Of a DNA stretch of 64,000 bases, positions 40,201 to 48,796 are shown piece after piece. The translations under genes were made by a program, and so were the position numbers. Numbering within the stretch: position 1 is the stretch's first letter; every line of letters begins with the position of its first letter. The stretch is from NCBI GenBank assembly GCA_947498765.1, contig CANMLG010000007.1:19547-83546 (forward strand), given 5' to 3'. The notes beneath the pieces were generated by a model. It had not been told where the DNA came from. It was given only the letters and a program-made list of their open reading frames with translations, and did not search any database. The stretch comes from an uncultured Aquimarina sp. (GTDB lineage Bacteria > Bacteroidota > Bacteroidia > Flavobacteriales > Flavobacteriaceae).

Positions 40201-41270
40201 AAAAAGGGAGTTATAAAGCAGGTAAGCTGGAATTGAAAATCACCAATAAAAATGGAGTAAAAGAAGTCACATTTAAAAGTAACCTACGTAAGACCGAATT
40301 AAGTGCTGAAGAATCAAAAACTGAAATTTTAAATTTATCTGGAGCTTATGAAGAAGAAATTACAGTAACTACAGGTTATTTATTTGATATCGGTTTTTCG
40401 ATATCAGTTGAGGGATCTGAGCGATCAGATGCTTTATACCTTGCCGATGGTCCTTGGGGTATTGATTACCGATCGACAGAGGTTAAAATAGCAGCCTTTG
40501 ATATTAATGAACAAAATGATTTTGAAACCATAGAAAATCACTTAGTGGAGCGTAGTGTATCATTACAAGGCGAAGTAAAAGGAACAGTTAATATATTTCG
40601 AAATGTACTAGCAGGGGATCTAAGTTTGGATGTAGATAGTACCGGAGGTATTCAATTTAACATGGAGGCAAACACTGCTGTAGAAGTAATTTTGGTGCCC
40701 AGAGTATTAGCTAACTGGAACAATAGATTGCGTTACACTATTACACCAACTGAAGCGGCTAAAACCTATAGCATTCCCTTTGAAAGTTTTGTAGATGCTT
40801 CGGGTAAATCAGCCGATTTAGAAAATATAAGAAGTGTGGTGTTTTCAATACAAGGGGATTATACCACATTTAAAGAATTTGATGTTGCTGTAACTAGTTT
40901 AAAAATAGTAAATACTATGGATGCTGAAATAGTAGTAGCTGAGGTCGAAACAAAAGACCCAGAAACTACTATTACATCGGAAACATTAACTATTACACCT
41001 AATTTTCCAGCCTCACAAAAAATCAAAAAATTAAGTAACTATCCTAATCCGTTTATAAATCAGACCACCATACAATTACCTGATGGGATAGTAGCAAATA
41101 GCATACAAGTTGTTGATATGCATGGTAAAATAGTAAGAACCGAAGCCTTAATAGCAAACACCATTAAAGACTTTAATTTTGAAGCAAAAAAATTAAGTGC
41201 TGGATATTACATATATATTATAACAGACATTCAAGGGAAGGTATTTAAAGGGAGTTTTGTTATTCGATAA
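37257..41270 (+). CDS. 1337-aa T9SS-secreted adhesin-like protein (propeller-like N-domain, DxDxDG Ca-binding repeats, DUF4114-like domain, CBM-like domain, CTD)
   Basis: Signal peptide; thrombospondin type 3-like DxDxDG repeats ~38025-38757; GFEDIRRD...DQDFNDALF DUF4114-like motif; NYPNPF...LSAGYYIY CTD. Confidence 0.8.
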   Translation: MKKQALLFIVFLSFQAFSQQAFDCNDSKFYQVISGALKSYDPILGAYSKALHTYSSYNAGGYNPQDNFLYAIKGKDKHLLRIGMDSIIDLGAVAAKGTVVFGGGYAADVDAEGNLWVYQNNTKNSFHKITNLASYNGGASPVFEVVNVNVASPSTCADITYINNAFYGGSRGKLYKWDLSTGSPIFSSKTVANLPKSTFGAAYTDANNRLYLSDNNGGLYVVDAYDSDQPVATLLNLTEITNSNDGFKCANGISPIDKDQDGILDTMDQDTDGDGIPNSMESNSTNPYGDDDGDDTYNYLDNDTSGSGDSVVQRAYDRDADGVPDFFDQDSDNDGIYDIVEAGYGYLDTNMDGVFNTKDMNYTDTDQDGLADIFDTDNGGELVLLDTDNDGVYNAYDTDSDNDGIVDLIEGQESTTYQSLSYKDEDQDGMDDAFDSSFGGVANGTVNSDTTDAFDYLDLDSNNDGISDSVTAYDSDGDGIAETIISGIDGDADGLDDSFDLMKSSFSPDNGGQTPASFPIPALCDRYNYLGEFSADGTPLYLDENDVISQATMDMVANALPESYPVPDFNPHYISSGYDTDVVVQEQADIWVTFISEGAVYKNTLGFYTYDSNNPITTTPNPEDITIIFPNVSALDSGGSLVAGNKVKIGSFPPNTGIGWVLLANAWSDGCVGAGNWSLFSNPDFNPESNPTLQYHNVLLSDPDNERIILGFEDIRRDYASCDQDFNDALFYITASPYSAIKNVNYATIESATNVTSANDGGLESNGDLAKLIAKRNFNRAKKNTFHNQKSTQSRFIAGMHSGKSLNSLNGYFPATGMYGTETTFISSPDDLIEITNAKEVFAIDYYQNEARVAAAFATATTGSIYDHSKIICDRLNGSSLLDVRTLFIRNHRLINTKIKRANGEIEQTLSFSVKLGEVSNELYSFWNIDQYPTGDYLNFQIWGGSVGQVATIANTIIDKLKETKTLVSTPVADQIPTVFVQKGSYKAGKLELKITNKNGVKEVTFKSNLRKTELSAEESKTEILNLSGAYEEEITVTTGYLFDIGFSISVEGSERSDALYLADGPWGIDYRSTEVKIAAFDINEQNDFETIENHLVERSVSLQGEVKGTVNIFRNVLAGDLSLDVDSTGGIQFNMEANTAVEVILVPRVLANWNNRLRYTITPTEAAKTYSIPFESFVDASGKSADLENIRSVVFSIQGDYTTFKEFDVAVTSLKIVNTMDAEIVVAEVETKDPETTITSETLTITPNFPASQKIKKLSNYPNPFINQTTIQLPDGIVANSIQVVDMHGKIVRTEALIANTIKDFNFEAKKLSAGYYIYIITDIQGKVFKGSFVIR

Positions 41271-41293
41271 ATAGTTGTCCCCCCAACCCTGTG

Positions 41294-41330
41294 AAAGGTG
41301 GAAATGCTTCGGTATTTCTGCCTTTTTCTT
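41294..41330 (+). terminator. Intrinsic terminator
   Basis: aaaggtggaaatgc-TTCG-gtatttctgccttt hairpin followed by Ts. Confidence 0.75.
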
Positions 41331-41361
41331 TGTTTATGGATGAGCTTGAATAAAAGGATAG

Positions 41362-43227
41362 TTATTTTTTTAGTGCTTTTATAATTCTTTCTTCATTAAT
41401 TACAATATCCCTGAATAATACATGTGGCAGATTAGAGTATTTAGATATTTTAAATTCATCAAAAATTTTAGTTAAAGAAGACGCTTTTAAAAGAGATAAA
41501 TTCATTTCCATATCCATTTCACAGTCAGTTATAAAATCATCACTAAATTCAGGAGCAACTAATAAGGTTTTTATAATTCTTAAATTATTAGCTTCAACAA
41601 GTTTTTGGTACGATTTTAATTGTCTTGAAACAGAACTGAATTTATTGTAACCCTTTTCTTTGCTAGTTTTACATTCAATAATTATAACTTCATCATTACT
41701 TAAGTTAATAAGTATATCTATTTGATCTTTTAATGTATTAACTGTCTTTTTTAATTTTTCATCAATATTAAAACCTAGCTTTTTGAAGATAATTTTAGTA
41801 AGTTCTTCAAATTTTAAACCGAGTTCACTTTCTTTAATAATTATGCCATTATCTTTTAATTGATTTAAATCTCTGTAAGCAATATTTTCATAATTTTCTA
41901 GAAAAAGGTTTTCAGCATCTTTATAATTTTCTAAAATATTTAAAATATCATCTCCACGTTGCTTGATCCCATTATTCTTTATGAATTTAGACAAGTCATC
42001 TTTATCTATTAAATCTAAAATATCTCTTGGCTTTATATTGTAATTCAACAAGAAATTTGCATTTAATATAAATTCATCTTGAAGTTCAAATTGATCTTTT
42101 AGTTGTTTATTTAATTTTGGTAATGACTCGTTTAATTCGGTCAACATTTTTTCAAATCCATCTAATGAGATACCAACTTTTTCATCTTTTTCAATTATTT
42201 CAAAATAATTGATTAGACTATTTATTTTGTCATTTAAAGTGCTGCCCTTTAGTGTCGATATATTTAGTCCCTTTTCACATAAATCACTAAGTTGCTTTTT
42301 TTTATCAGTTAATGTTGTTCCATCTTTGTACATATCGTTTAATAATATTCCTCTTAATGAAACTCCTTCTTTAATAATTTCTTCAATTTTTTCAGAATTA
42401 TTTAATTTCCGATCAACATTATGAATTTTAGCAATTTGATTAATTATTGGAGGTCTCATAATTTTTAAAGTTCTTCTTAGGAATTTATCAGCAATTTCTT
42501 TTTCTCTTAGTTTCCTTAATAGGCGAACTATTTCGTCGGCTAAATAAATTGTGTTTTCTTTTTTTGAGAAGAAGAGGACTCCAATATTTTTTAGACTATT
42601 TATTACGTCTTGAATATCCATTTTTTTAATGGGAAGAATGGAGTAGTTAATTAGTTTTATTTCTTCTTGAGATAAACCAAGTTCTTTTGATAATGTTAAT
42701 AATATAGAAAGTTCATCCGATGTTATTTTAGCTTCTCGGTTATTTTCTAAATCATTTTGATAGGCTGTTTTTAAACAAGAAAGGTAAATTTTATAATCTC
42801 TTTTCCTGAATTCAGATAAATCCGATTTATCATTTTCTATATCAGATTTTAGATTTTTTAATCTGGATTTCAAGTGTTTTAATTCGTTGTCGTATAGCCT
42901 AGAAAACCAATCTTGTTTCATTATACAATTGCCATCACGTATAATTATATCAATTAAAATGTCTAATTGAGATGAAGTGTCCTGGAATTCAGCCTTTAAA
43001 TAATCAAAGCATTCTCTCTGTATTAAATTAAATATTTTAACAATATTTTGACTGTCAACAGATTTAAGTCCTTTATCTGCTGAACTTAAAATTTTATCAA
43101 TTTCTTTACTGTTTTTTGGTGATCTAGAAATAATATTATCAATTACTTTTATGAATGAGTTCTTTTCTAATGAGCCTAGTTTATCTAATATTTTTTCTAA
43201 TTTCATATTTATTGTTTTGATATTCAA
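41362..43227 (-). CDS. Large helical protein with C-terminal Mrr-like PD-(D/E)XK nuclease domain (likely start ATG 43206)
   Basis: GLKFEELTKIIFKKLGF...QIDILI...IIIECKT...RQLKSY...LLVAPEFS; the N-terminal ~470 aa are unrecognised. Confidence 0.7.
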   Translation of the reverse strand: MNIKTINMKLEKILDKLGSLEKNSFIKVIDNIISRSPKNSKEIDKILSSADKGLKSVDSQNIVKIFNLIQRECFDYLKAEFQDTSSQLDILIDIIIRDGNCIMKQDWFSRLYDNELKHLKSRLKNLKSDIENDKSDLSEFRKRDYKIYLSCLKTAYQNDLENNREAKITSDELSILLTLSKELGLSQEEIKLINYSILPIKKMDIQDVINSLKNIGVLFFSKKENTIYLADEIVRLLRKLREKEIADKFLRRTLKIMRPPIINQIAKIHNVDRKLNNSEKIEEIIKEGVSLRGILLNDMYKDGTTLTDKKKQLSDLCEKGLNISTLKGSTLNDKINSLINYFEIIEKDEKVGISLDGFEKMLTELNESLPKLNKQLKDQFELQDEFILNANFLLNYNIKPRDILDLIDKDDLSKFIKNNGIKQRGDDILNILENYKDAENLFLENYENIAYRDLNQLKDNGIIIKESELGLKFEELTKIIFKKLGFNIDEKLKKTVNTLKDQIDILINLSNDEVIIIECKTSKEKGYNKFSSVSRQLKSYQKLVEANNLRIIKTLLVAPEFSDDFITDCEMDMEMNLSLLKASSLTKIFDEFKISKYSNLPHVLFRDIVINEERIIKALKK

Positions 43228-43283
43228 ATACTCTTAATAGACATAAATATATCATAATTATATATAAATCAATTGCTTGTGTG

Positions 43284-45368
43284 TTAATTTAGGCTTTGTA
43301 ACCCCATTATCTTCCTATCAAAAAGAGGGCGTTTCATAAAATACCATTTAAGTAATAAACCAAATTCGGTAAATTGAAATCCTGCAGCTGTGGCAGAAGC
43401 AATATTACTGTGTTTGATATAGGTGTTTGCCGAAAAACGATCTGTGAATTGATATCCTAATTTCCCTTCCAAGCGAAAAGTTTCTGAGGCGGGATCATTT
43501 TCTATAAACTGAAAACCTGCAGCAGCATTGGCGCCATAGGAGAGCTTACCAGTTTGTTTGCTAATAAGATCTGTAAAAACTTCTACAACATGGAACTTTT
43601 TTGGACTAAAATAAATATTAGGCACTTGATTTTTAAAGGCAATAGTTTGATAATTAATACCTGCTTTTACAATAGGTCTATGGAATAGTTTATAGTAAAG
43701 CGAAGTGAATAAAAGGTTACGTATGTTATTATCTGTTTGATTGGTAAACATGTATTGTGTATACCAACCTAAATTAAAATTGGTGTTTAAATTGTAATTC
43801 AAAAAATAGTTGTTCATTACAATTTCTCTGTCGATAAGGTCGGCATTAAAGTTTTGTAAGGCGCGTTGATATCCAGCTTCCAAATTTTGCAGTTTAAAAA
43901 GCTTAGTTTTAAGTTTTATTTCTCCAGTCCATTGTGTATACTCATTAGTAATGGCATTGGATTTACTCGCACCAATTTTAGAAGCTAAAGTGAACATTCC
44001 ATTAAATTTATATGCAAAACCAGTAGTGAGTTCATTTGTAGCTGCTTTTACATTAGAGGTGGTGTTTTCGGTAGTTCGATGTATATAGCTAGCACTAATG
44101 GTCGTTTTAGTGGATATTGGAATTTTTGTAAGCAATTCGGCACTTATACTTTCATTATTTCCATTATCAAAAGTAAAGGCGGTTTTCTGTTGTACCCATG
44201 GAGTATGTGATTGTTTTAAGGATTTTAGTAATTTTTCGGCATCAGGTTGTTGTTTATAGTAATCCAATGTTTTAAAAATATATTCGTAACTCTTTAAGTC
44301 ATCCCCGGTAGCTCTGTAGGCATTAGCAATGCCTAAATTTCCATCAAATGATTTGGGTTGCTTTTTTAGTATGGTGGTATAGTTTTGTAAACTTTTTTTA
44401 AAGTTACTTGTGTACATGCCGTGAGTGGCTTGCAAGCTTTGTACTCGGGTAGTATTGGGATATTGTTTTTCTAGCTTCTTAATTTCGGCAGCAGCCAAAT
44501 TAAATTTTCTATTCCATAATAAAGCTTGTATATAGCGCTCTTTTGTAGATAAGTATATCTTAGTGTTTGATTGGTGATTTTCAACTTTAGCTACAGCTTC
44601 AGTACTAATTTTTAAAGCTTTTTTTTCTTTAAAAGCCTTATGCGCTACTAAAGCCAAACCATTAAGCGAAACAATGCTATCAATGGGGGAAGTGGCTAAT
44701 GAAGTATATGTCTTTTCTGCATTTAAAAGATCATTTGTAATTAAGTAAATAGTCGCTTGATTAAGTTTGGTGTCTTTATCATTAGGGAAATCTTTTAAGT
44801 TTAAGGTTAATATGTCTAAGGCTTTCTCATATTCTTTGTTTTGCGATAATTGATTCGCATAGCCTAAACGCATATATTTTCGAGAAATTAGGGCGTTTTT
44901 ATTCCCATTTTGAAGTTGTAAAGCTGTGTTTACCTGTGTGAGTGCCTGTTTATATTTTTTTAAGTTAGATAGCGTATTGGCATAGCCCAATGTGGCAGGA
45001 AAACTATTTGGGTCTTCATTAATTAAAGTTTCATAAAAGCCTTCCGCTTTAGCGTATTGTTTATCCCATAATAAAGATTCGGCATAATTCAATTTAATTT
45101 CAAAATCCAAAGGATAGTTTTGTTTTAAATCAGTAAAAATAATCACTGCTTTTTTAGAGTTCCCCGATAAACCTATAGCACGACCATAGCAAAGTTGGGC
45201 CGTTTTATTATTTGGATAGGCTTTAAGAATGTCTTCAAAAAAAACAACGGCCTTTTCATATTTACCAGTTTCTAAATAGGTAAAACCCTTTTGCATTTGT
45301 TGAGCAAACAAAAAGGAAAGATTCAGAAACAACATAATCAGAAATAGTATTTTTTTTAGCATAGGCAA
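43284..45368 (-). CDS. TPR-repeat protein with C-terminal outer-membrane beta-barrel (PgaA/BcsC/PelB-like export porin); likely start ATG 45362
   Basis: Signal peptide, ~8 TPR-like repeats, then amphipathic strands including IYFSPK and ending FGLLLKWYF. Confidence 0.7.
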   Translation of the reverse strand: MPMLKKILFLIMLFLNLSFLFAQQMQKGFTYLETGKYEKAVVFFEDILKAYPNNKTAQLCYGRAIGLSGNSKKAVIIFTDLKQNYPLDFEIKLNYAESLLWDKQYAKAEGFYETLINEDPNSFPATLGYANTLSNLKKYKQALTQVNTALQLQNGNKNALISRKYMRLGYANQLSQNKEYEKALDILTLNLKDFPNDKDTKLNQATIYLITNDLLNAEKTYTSLATSPIDSIVSLNGLALVAHKAFKEKKALKISTEAVAKVENHQSNTKIYLSTKERYIQALLWNRKFNLAAAEIKKLEKQYPNTTRVQSLQATHGMYTSNFKKSLQNYTTILKKQPKSFDGNLGIANAYRATGDDLKSYEYIFKTLDYYKQQPDAEKLLKSLKQSHTPWVQQKTAFTFDNGNNESISAELLTKIPISTKTTISASYIHRTTENTTSNVKAATNELTTGFAYKFNGMFTLASKIGASKSNAITNEYTQWTGEIKLKTKLFKLQNLEAGYQRALQNFNADLIDREIVMNNYFLNYNLNTNFNLGWYTQYMFTNQTDNNIRNLLFTSLYYKLFHRPIVKAGINYQTIAFKNQVPNIYFSPKKFHVVEVFTDLISKQTGKLSYGANAAAGFQFIENDPASETFRLEGKLGYQFTDRFSANTYIKHSNIASATAAGFQFTEFGLLLKWYFMKRPLFDRKIMGLQSLN

Positions 45369-45456
45369 ATCGGTTATTTTTAATGTATTACTAAGTTAAC
45401 CATATCTTTTGTAGATAAGCTTAAATGTCTTATTTTAAATAAGTTAAAAATAATGA

Positions 45457-46683
45457 ATGAACTTATCTATACTCAAAAAAATAACCTCGGAACAATGGTT
45501 TATGTTGAGTGCACTTTTTGTAAATGCAGGAAATTATGCCTATAATTTAATATTAGGGCGCCTATTAGGGCCAGAACAGTTTGCCGATGCGGCTATTTTA
45601 ATCACCTTTTTATTAGTACTTTCATTTATTGCCATGACCTTTCAGTTAGCTACGGCTAAATTTTCGGTGCTTTTTGAAAATCAAAACTTCATTAATTTTT
45701 TAAGTAAAGTATATAGATATGCTTTATGGACAGGAATTGTTTTAGGAATTGGAATTGTAGTAGCGGCTAAATTTTTGCAAGATATATTTCATACGCAAAG
45801 TCATTATATGTTTGTTTTTTTTGGTATCGGAGTGCCATTATACTTTATAATGAGTGTAAACCGAGGGGTATTACAAGGAAAAGAACGTTTCGGAAAATTG
45901 GCGATTACCTACCAAACCGAAATGTTAAGTAGGTTGTTTTTAACTATAAGTTTACTTTTTTTACTAAAAATAGAAACCGCTATTTTAGTAGCTATTGGTA
46001 TTATAACTTCATTGATATTTGGATTGTTTCCCTTTGCGGAAGAAAGGATTTCTTTAAAAAAAGGCATGGCTTTATCCATGGAACATAGTAGCCGCATCAA
46101 AAAGTTTTTTTTACTGACCGCCTTTTACGAGCTGAGTCAGATTATTATTAATAACAGCGATATTCTGTTGGTGAAACATTATTTTGAAGCCTATGATGCA
46201 GGTTTATATGCCTCATTAGCTTTAATAGGACGGGTAGTTTATTTTGTAGCTTGGATGTTTGTAATGATTTTATTACCCAAAGTAGTGCAATTACATAAGG
46301 CAGGAAAACCCACAGCACCCATATTGTCAAAATACGTATTGTATATTGGCGTATTATCATTTGGAATTATTTTAAGCTGTTATTTCTTTCCAACTTTTGT
46401 AGTAGAATTGTTATTTGGTAGTGCCTATGTGAGTATTGCTCCATTGTTGTGGAAATATGCTGTGGCCACGTCATTATTTGCGATCTCTAATATTTTTGCC
46501 TATTATTTTTTATCATTGGACACTTATATTCCGGTAATATTATCTGCTTTACTTGGCATTACGCAGGTGTTATTAATTATTTTCTTTCATAATTCGTTAT
46601 TGGAAGTGGTACTTATGCAAATTTATGCCATGGCAGTTTTGTTGGGAGTGCAGCTAATTTATTGGCACCGCCAAAGGCTATAA
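45457..46683 (+). CDS. Wzx/MATE-like oligosaccharide flippase
   Basis: About 12 TM segments; NAGNYAYNLILGRLLGPEQF, DILLVKHYF and AGLYASLALIGR patterns. Confidence 0.82.
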   Translation: MNLSILKKITSEQWFMLSALFVNAGNYAYNLILGRLLGPEQFADAAILITFLLVLSFIAMTFQLATAKFSVLFENQNFINFLSKVYRYALWTGIVLGIGIVVAAKFLQDIFHTQSHYMFVFFGIGVPLYFIMSVNRGVLQGKERFGKLAITYQTEMLSRLFLTISLLFLLKIETAILVAIGIITSLIFGLFPFAEERISLKKGMALSMEHSSRIKKFFLLTAFYELSQIIINNSDILLVKHYFEAYDAGLYASLALIGRVVYFVAWMFVMILLPKVVQLHKAGKPTAPILSKYVLYIGVLSFGIILSCYFFPTFVVELLFGSAYVSIAPLLWKYAVATSLFAISNIFAYYFLSLDTYIPVILSALLGITQVLLIIFFHNSLLEVVLMQIYAMAVLLGVQLIYWHRQRL

Positions 46684-46713
46684 TACTCCGAGGTAGTTTA
46701 CTTTTTTTGTTTT

Positions 46714-46804
46714 TCGGATATCGATACACAAAAACCACTCGCCGATAGCAATTTGTAACTCGCCGAAAATGAGCCTATAAAGCGCGTATATCGAAGCATC
46801 TTTA
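46714..46804 (+). promoter_or_regulatory. Three 21-bp-periodic repeats plus weak -7 box upstream of GT4
   Basis: tcggatatcgat 46714, ccactcgccgat 46735, taactcgccgaa 46756; CATCTTTA (2 mismatches to TAnnTTTG) at 46797. Confidence 0.68.
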
Positions 46805-46828
46805 TACTATAACTTAAAGACTTGTAGT

Positions 46829-48031
46829 ATGAAACTTGCCATTGTAACTGCCTATCCGCCTAGTAAAGTAACTTTAAATGAATATGCCTATTATTTAGTA
46901 AAGCATTTCAGAAAACACCAAGAAGTAAGTGAATTGATTTTACTTACCGATGTACTACCTGAAGAAGCTGATATCCATTTTGAAGAAGAAGCTTGTAAAA
47001 TCAGTGTAAGACACTGTTGGACTTTTAATAGTTATACCAATTTGTTTTCGGTAATGAAAACAATTAATGAAGTAAAACCAGATGCCGTATTGTTTAATTT
47101 ACAATTCATGAAGTTTGGTGATAAAAAAATCCCTGCTGCTTTAGGCTTGTTATTGCCCGGAGTTTGTAAGCTAAAAGGAATACCTACCATTACACTGTTA
47201 CATAATATTTTAGAGCAAGTAGATTTAAAAAGCGCTGGGTTTACGTCTAATAAAATAATGCAGAAAGCTTATAATTTTATAGGAACAACATTAACACGAT
47301 TTATTTTAGCATCGGATACAGTAGCGGTAACTATTAGTAAATATGTAGAGGTGTTAAATGAAAAGTATAAGGCAACAAACGTAAAGTTAATTCCGCATGG
47401 TACATTTGAAATCCCTGAAAAACCAAATTATAATGTCCCAAAAGGACCTTTAAAAGTAATGACTTTTGGAAAGTTTGGTACCTATAAAAAAGTTGAAATT
47501 TTAATAGAAGCTATTGAAAAAACAAGAGCAACAACAAATAAAGATATAGAAATCGTAGTGGCTGGAACAGACAATCCTAATGTGCCTGGGTATTTAAAAT
47601 CGGTACAAGAAACCTATAAAAATGTACCACAATTAACATTTACAGGTTATGTGGCAGAGGAAGATGTGGCGGGCTTATTCGAAGAAAGTGCCGTGGTAGT
47701 TTTTCCGTATACTTCAACTACCGGAAGCTCGGGTGTATTACACCAAGCAGGAAGTTATGGGAAAGCCGTGGTAATGCCAGATTTAGGTGATCTTAGTATT
47801 TTAGTTAAAGAAGAAGGCTACCGAGGTGAATTTTTTACTCCCGAAAGTGTTGACAGTTTAGCAACGGCAATACAAAGTATTTTGGAAAACGATGCTTATC
47901 GTATTTCTTTAGGAAAAGCAAATTACAACGCAGCTACTGCATTACCCATGTCTAAAATTGTAGACATGTATATGGATGAATTTAATGAAATTATGGATCG
48001 TAAAGTTAGTGGCGTATTTGATGTGGCTTAA
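46829..48031 (+). CDS. Family 4 (GT-B) glycosyltransferase
   Basis: LIPHG, TFGKFGTYKKVE, VVFPYTSTTGSSGVLHQA and GKAVV motifs. Confidence 0.88.
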   Translation: MKLAIVTAYPPSKVTLNEYAYYLVKHFRKHQEVSELILLTDVLPEEADIHFEEEACKISVRHCWTFNSYTNLFSVMKTINEVKPDAVLFNLQFMKFGDKKIPAALGLLLPGVCKLKGIPTITLLHNILEQVDLKSAGFTSNKIMQKAYNFIGTTLTRFILASDTVAVTISKYVEVLNEKYKATNVKLIPHGTFEIPEKPNYNVPKGPLKVMTFGKFGTYKKVEILIEAIEKTRATTNKDIEIVVAGTDNPNVPGYLKSVQETYKNVPQLTFTGYVAEEDVAGLFEESAVVVFPYTSTTGSSGVLHQAGSYGKAVVMPDLGDLSILVKEEGYRGEFFTPESVDSLATAIQSILENDAYRISLGKANYNAATALPMSKIVDMYMDEFNEIMDRKVSGVFDVA

Positions 48032-48062
48032 TGAAAAGAATTGGTAGGGCGATCAATAATTA

Positions 48063-48485
48063 TTAAATAATGGGATTGCTAGCAAGATACTCTTTAGCAG
48101 TTAATACGGGTAGTTTGGAATTTTTGAAATCCTTTTTATTTCTGGTAATAATAATATCAACTTGGTTTTCAATAGCTGAGTAATATTGCAATCCATCTTC
48201 AAAATCAGGAAAGTTATCATCATTTAAAGCAAGTTCAGTAACTTTATCATCTAAACTTAAAGTTTCAACAAGTACTTTAAATTTCCTTAATATAGTTCTG
48301 GATTCTTTTTTTGATTTTAACTGAGTTAAAATGTAATTAGTATTAGCAAAACTCAGCGAAGAAACTGTTAGCCTTAATAAATTTTTATCGGCCATAGAAA
48401 ATAAAGCAGCAGCTTCAGGATAAAATGCTTCTCTTTTGGCCAATAGATCAATAATAATATTAGTGTCAATTAATAATCGAATCAT
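48063..48485 (-). CDS. PIN-domain (VapC-like) toxin
   Basis: LLIDTNIIID and DFEDGLQYYSA...IITRNKKDF acidic PIN residues. Confidence 0.9.
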   Translation of the reverse strand: MIRLLIDTNIIIDLLAKREAFYPEAAALFSMADKNLLRLTVSSLSFANTNYILTQLKSKKESRTILRKFKVLVETLSLDDKVTELALNDDNFPDFEDGLQYYSAIENQVDIIITRNKKDFKNSKLPVLTAKEYLASNPII

Positions 48486-48727
48486 TTGTATTTCTCTATT
48501 AAAAAATTACCATAATTATCAGTTATATTTTCGGCATTGTTTAAATCGATTACACCGCTTAAACTTTCGACTAGTGGAGTAATTTCTTGCGAATGCTCTT
48601 TTCTTTTATTTAGTGAAGCCAAATAGGATTCAATAAGTTTTGATAGACTTGTTTTATTGGATTTTGCATATTTTTTAGCTTGTTCAATAACCGATTTATC
48701 AAGACTTAAGGTAAGTTTAGTATCCAT
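48482..48727 (-). CDS. Ribbon-helix-helix antitoxin (DUF6364-like)
   Basis: MDTKLTLSLDKSVIEQAKKYAK...SLSKLIESYL; overlaps the toxin start by 4 nt. Confidence 0.85.
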   Translation of the reverse strand: MDTKLTLSLDKSVIEQAKKYAKSNKTSLSKLIESYLASLNKRKEHSQEITPLVESLSGVIDLNNAENITDNYGNFLIEKYK

Positions 48728-48796
48728 AATAAATTTATTTACGTATAAAAATACAAAATTTACACGTAAAAAAACAATGTTATTATCAAAATAAGA

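Noticed and set aside
45367-45400. Possible fifth LytTR site at the TPR/flippase divergent promoter (aaccgat on the minus strand)
   Set aside because: A single core overlapping the start region, with no partner 21 bp away.
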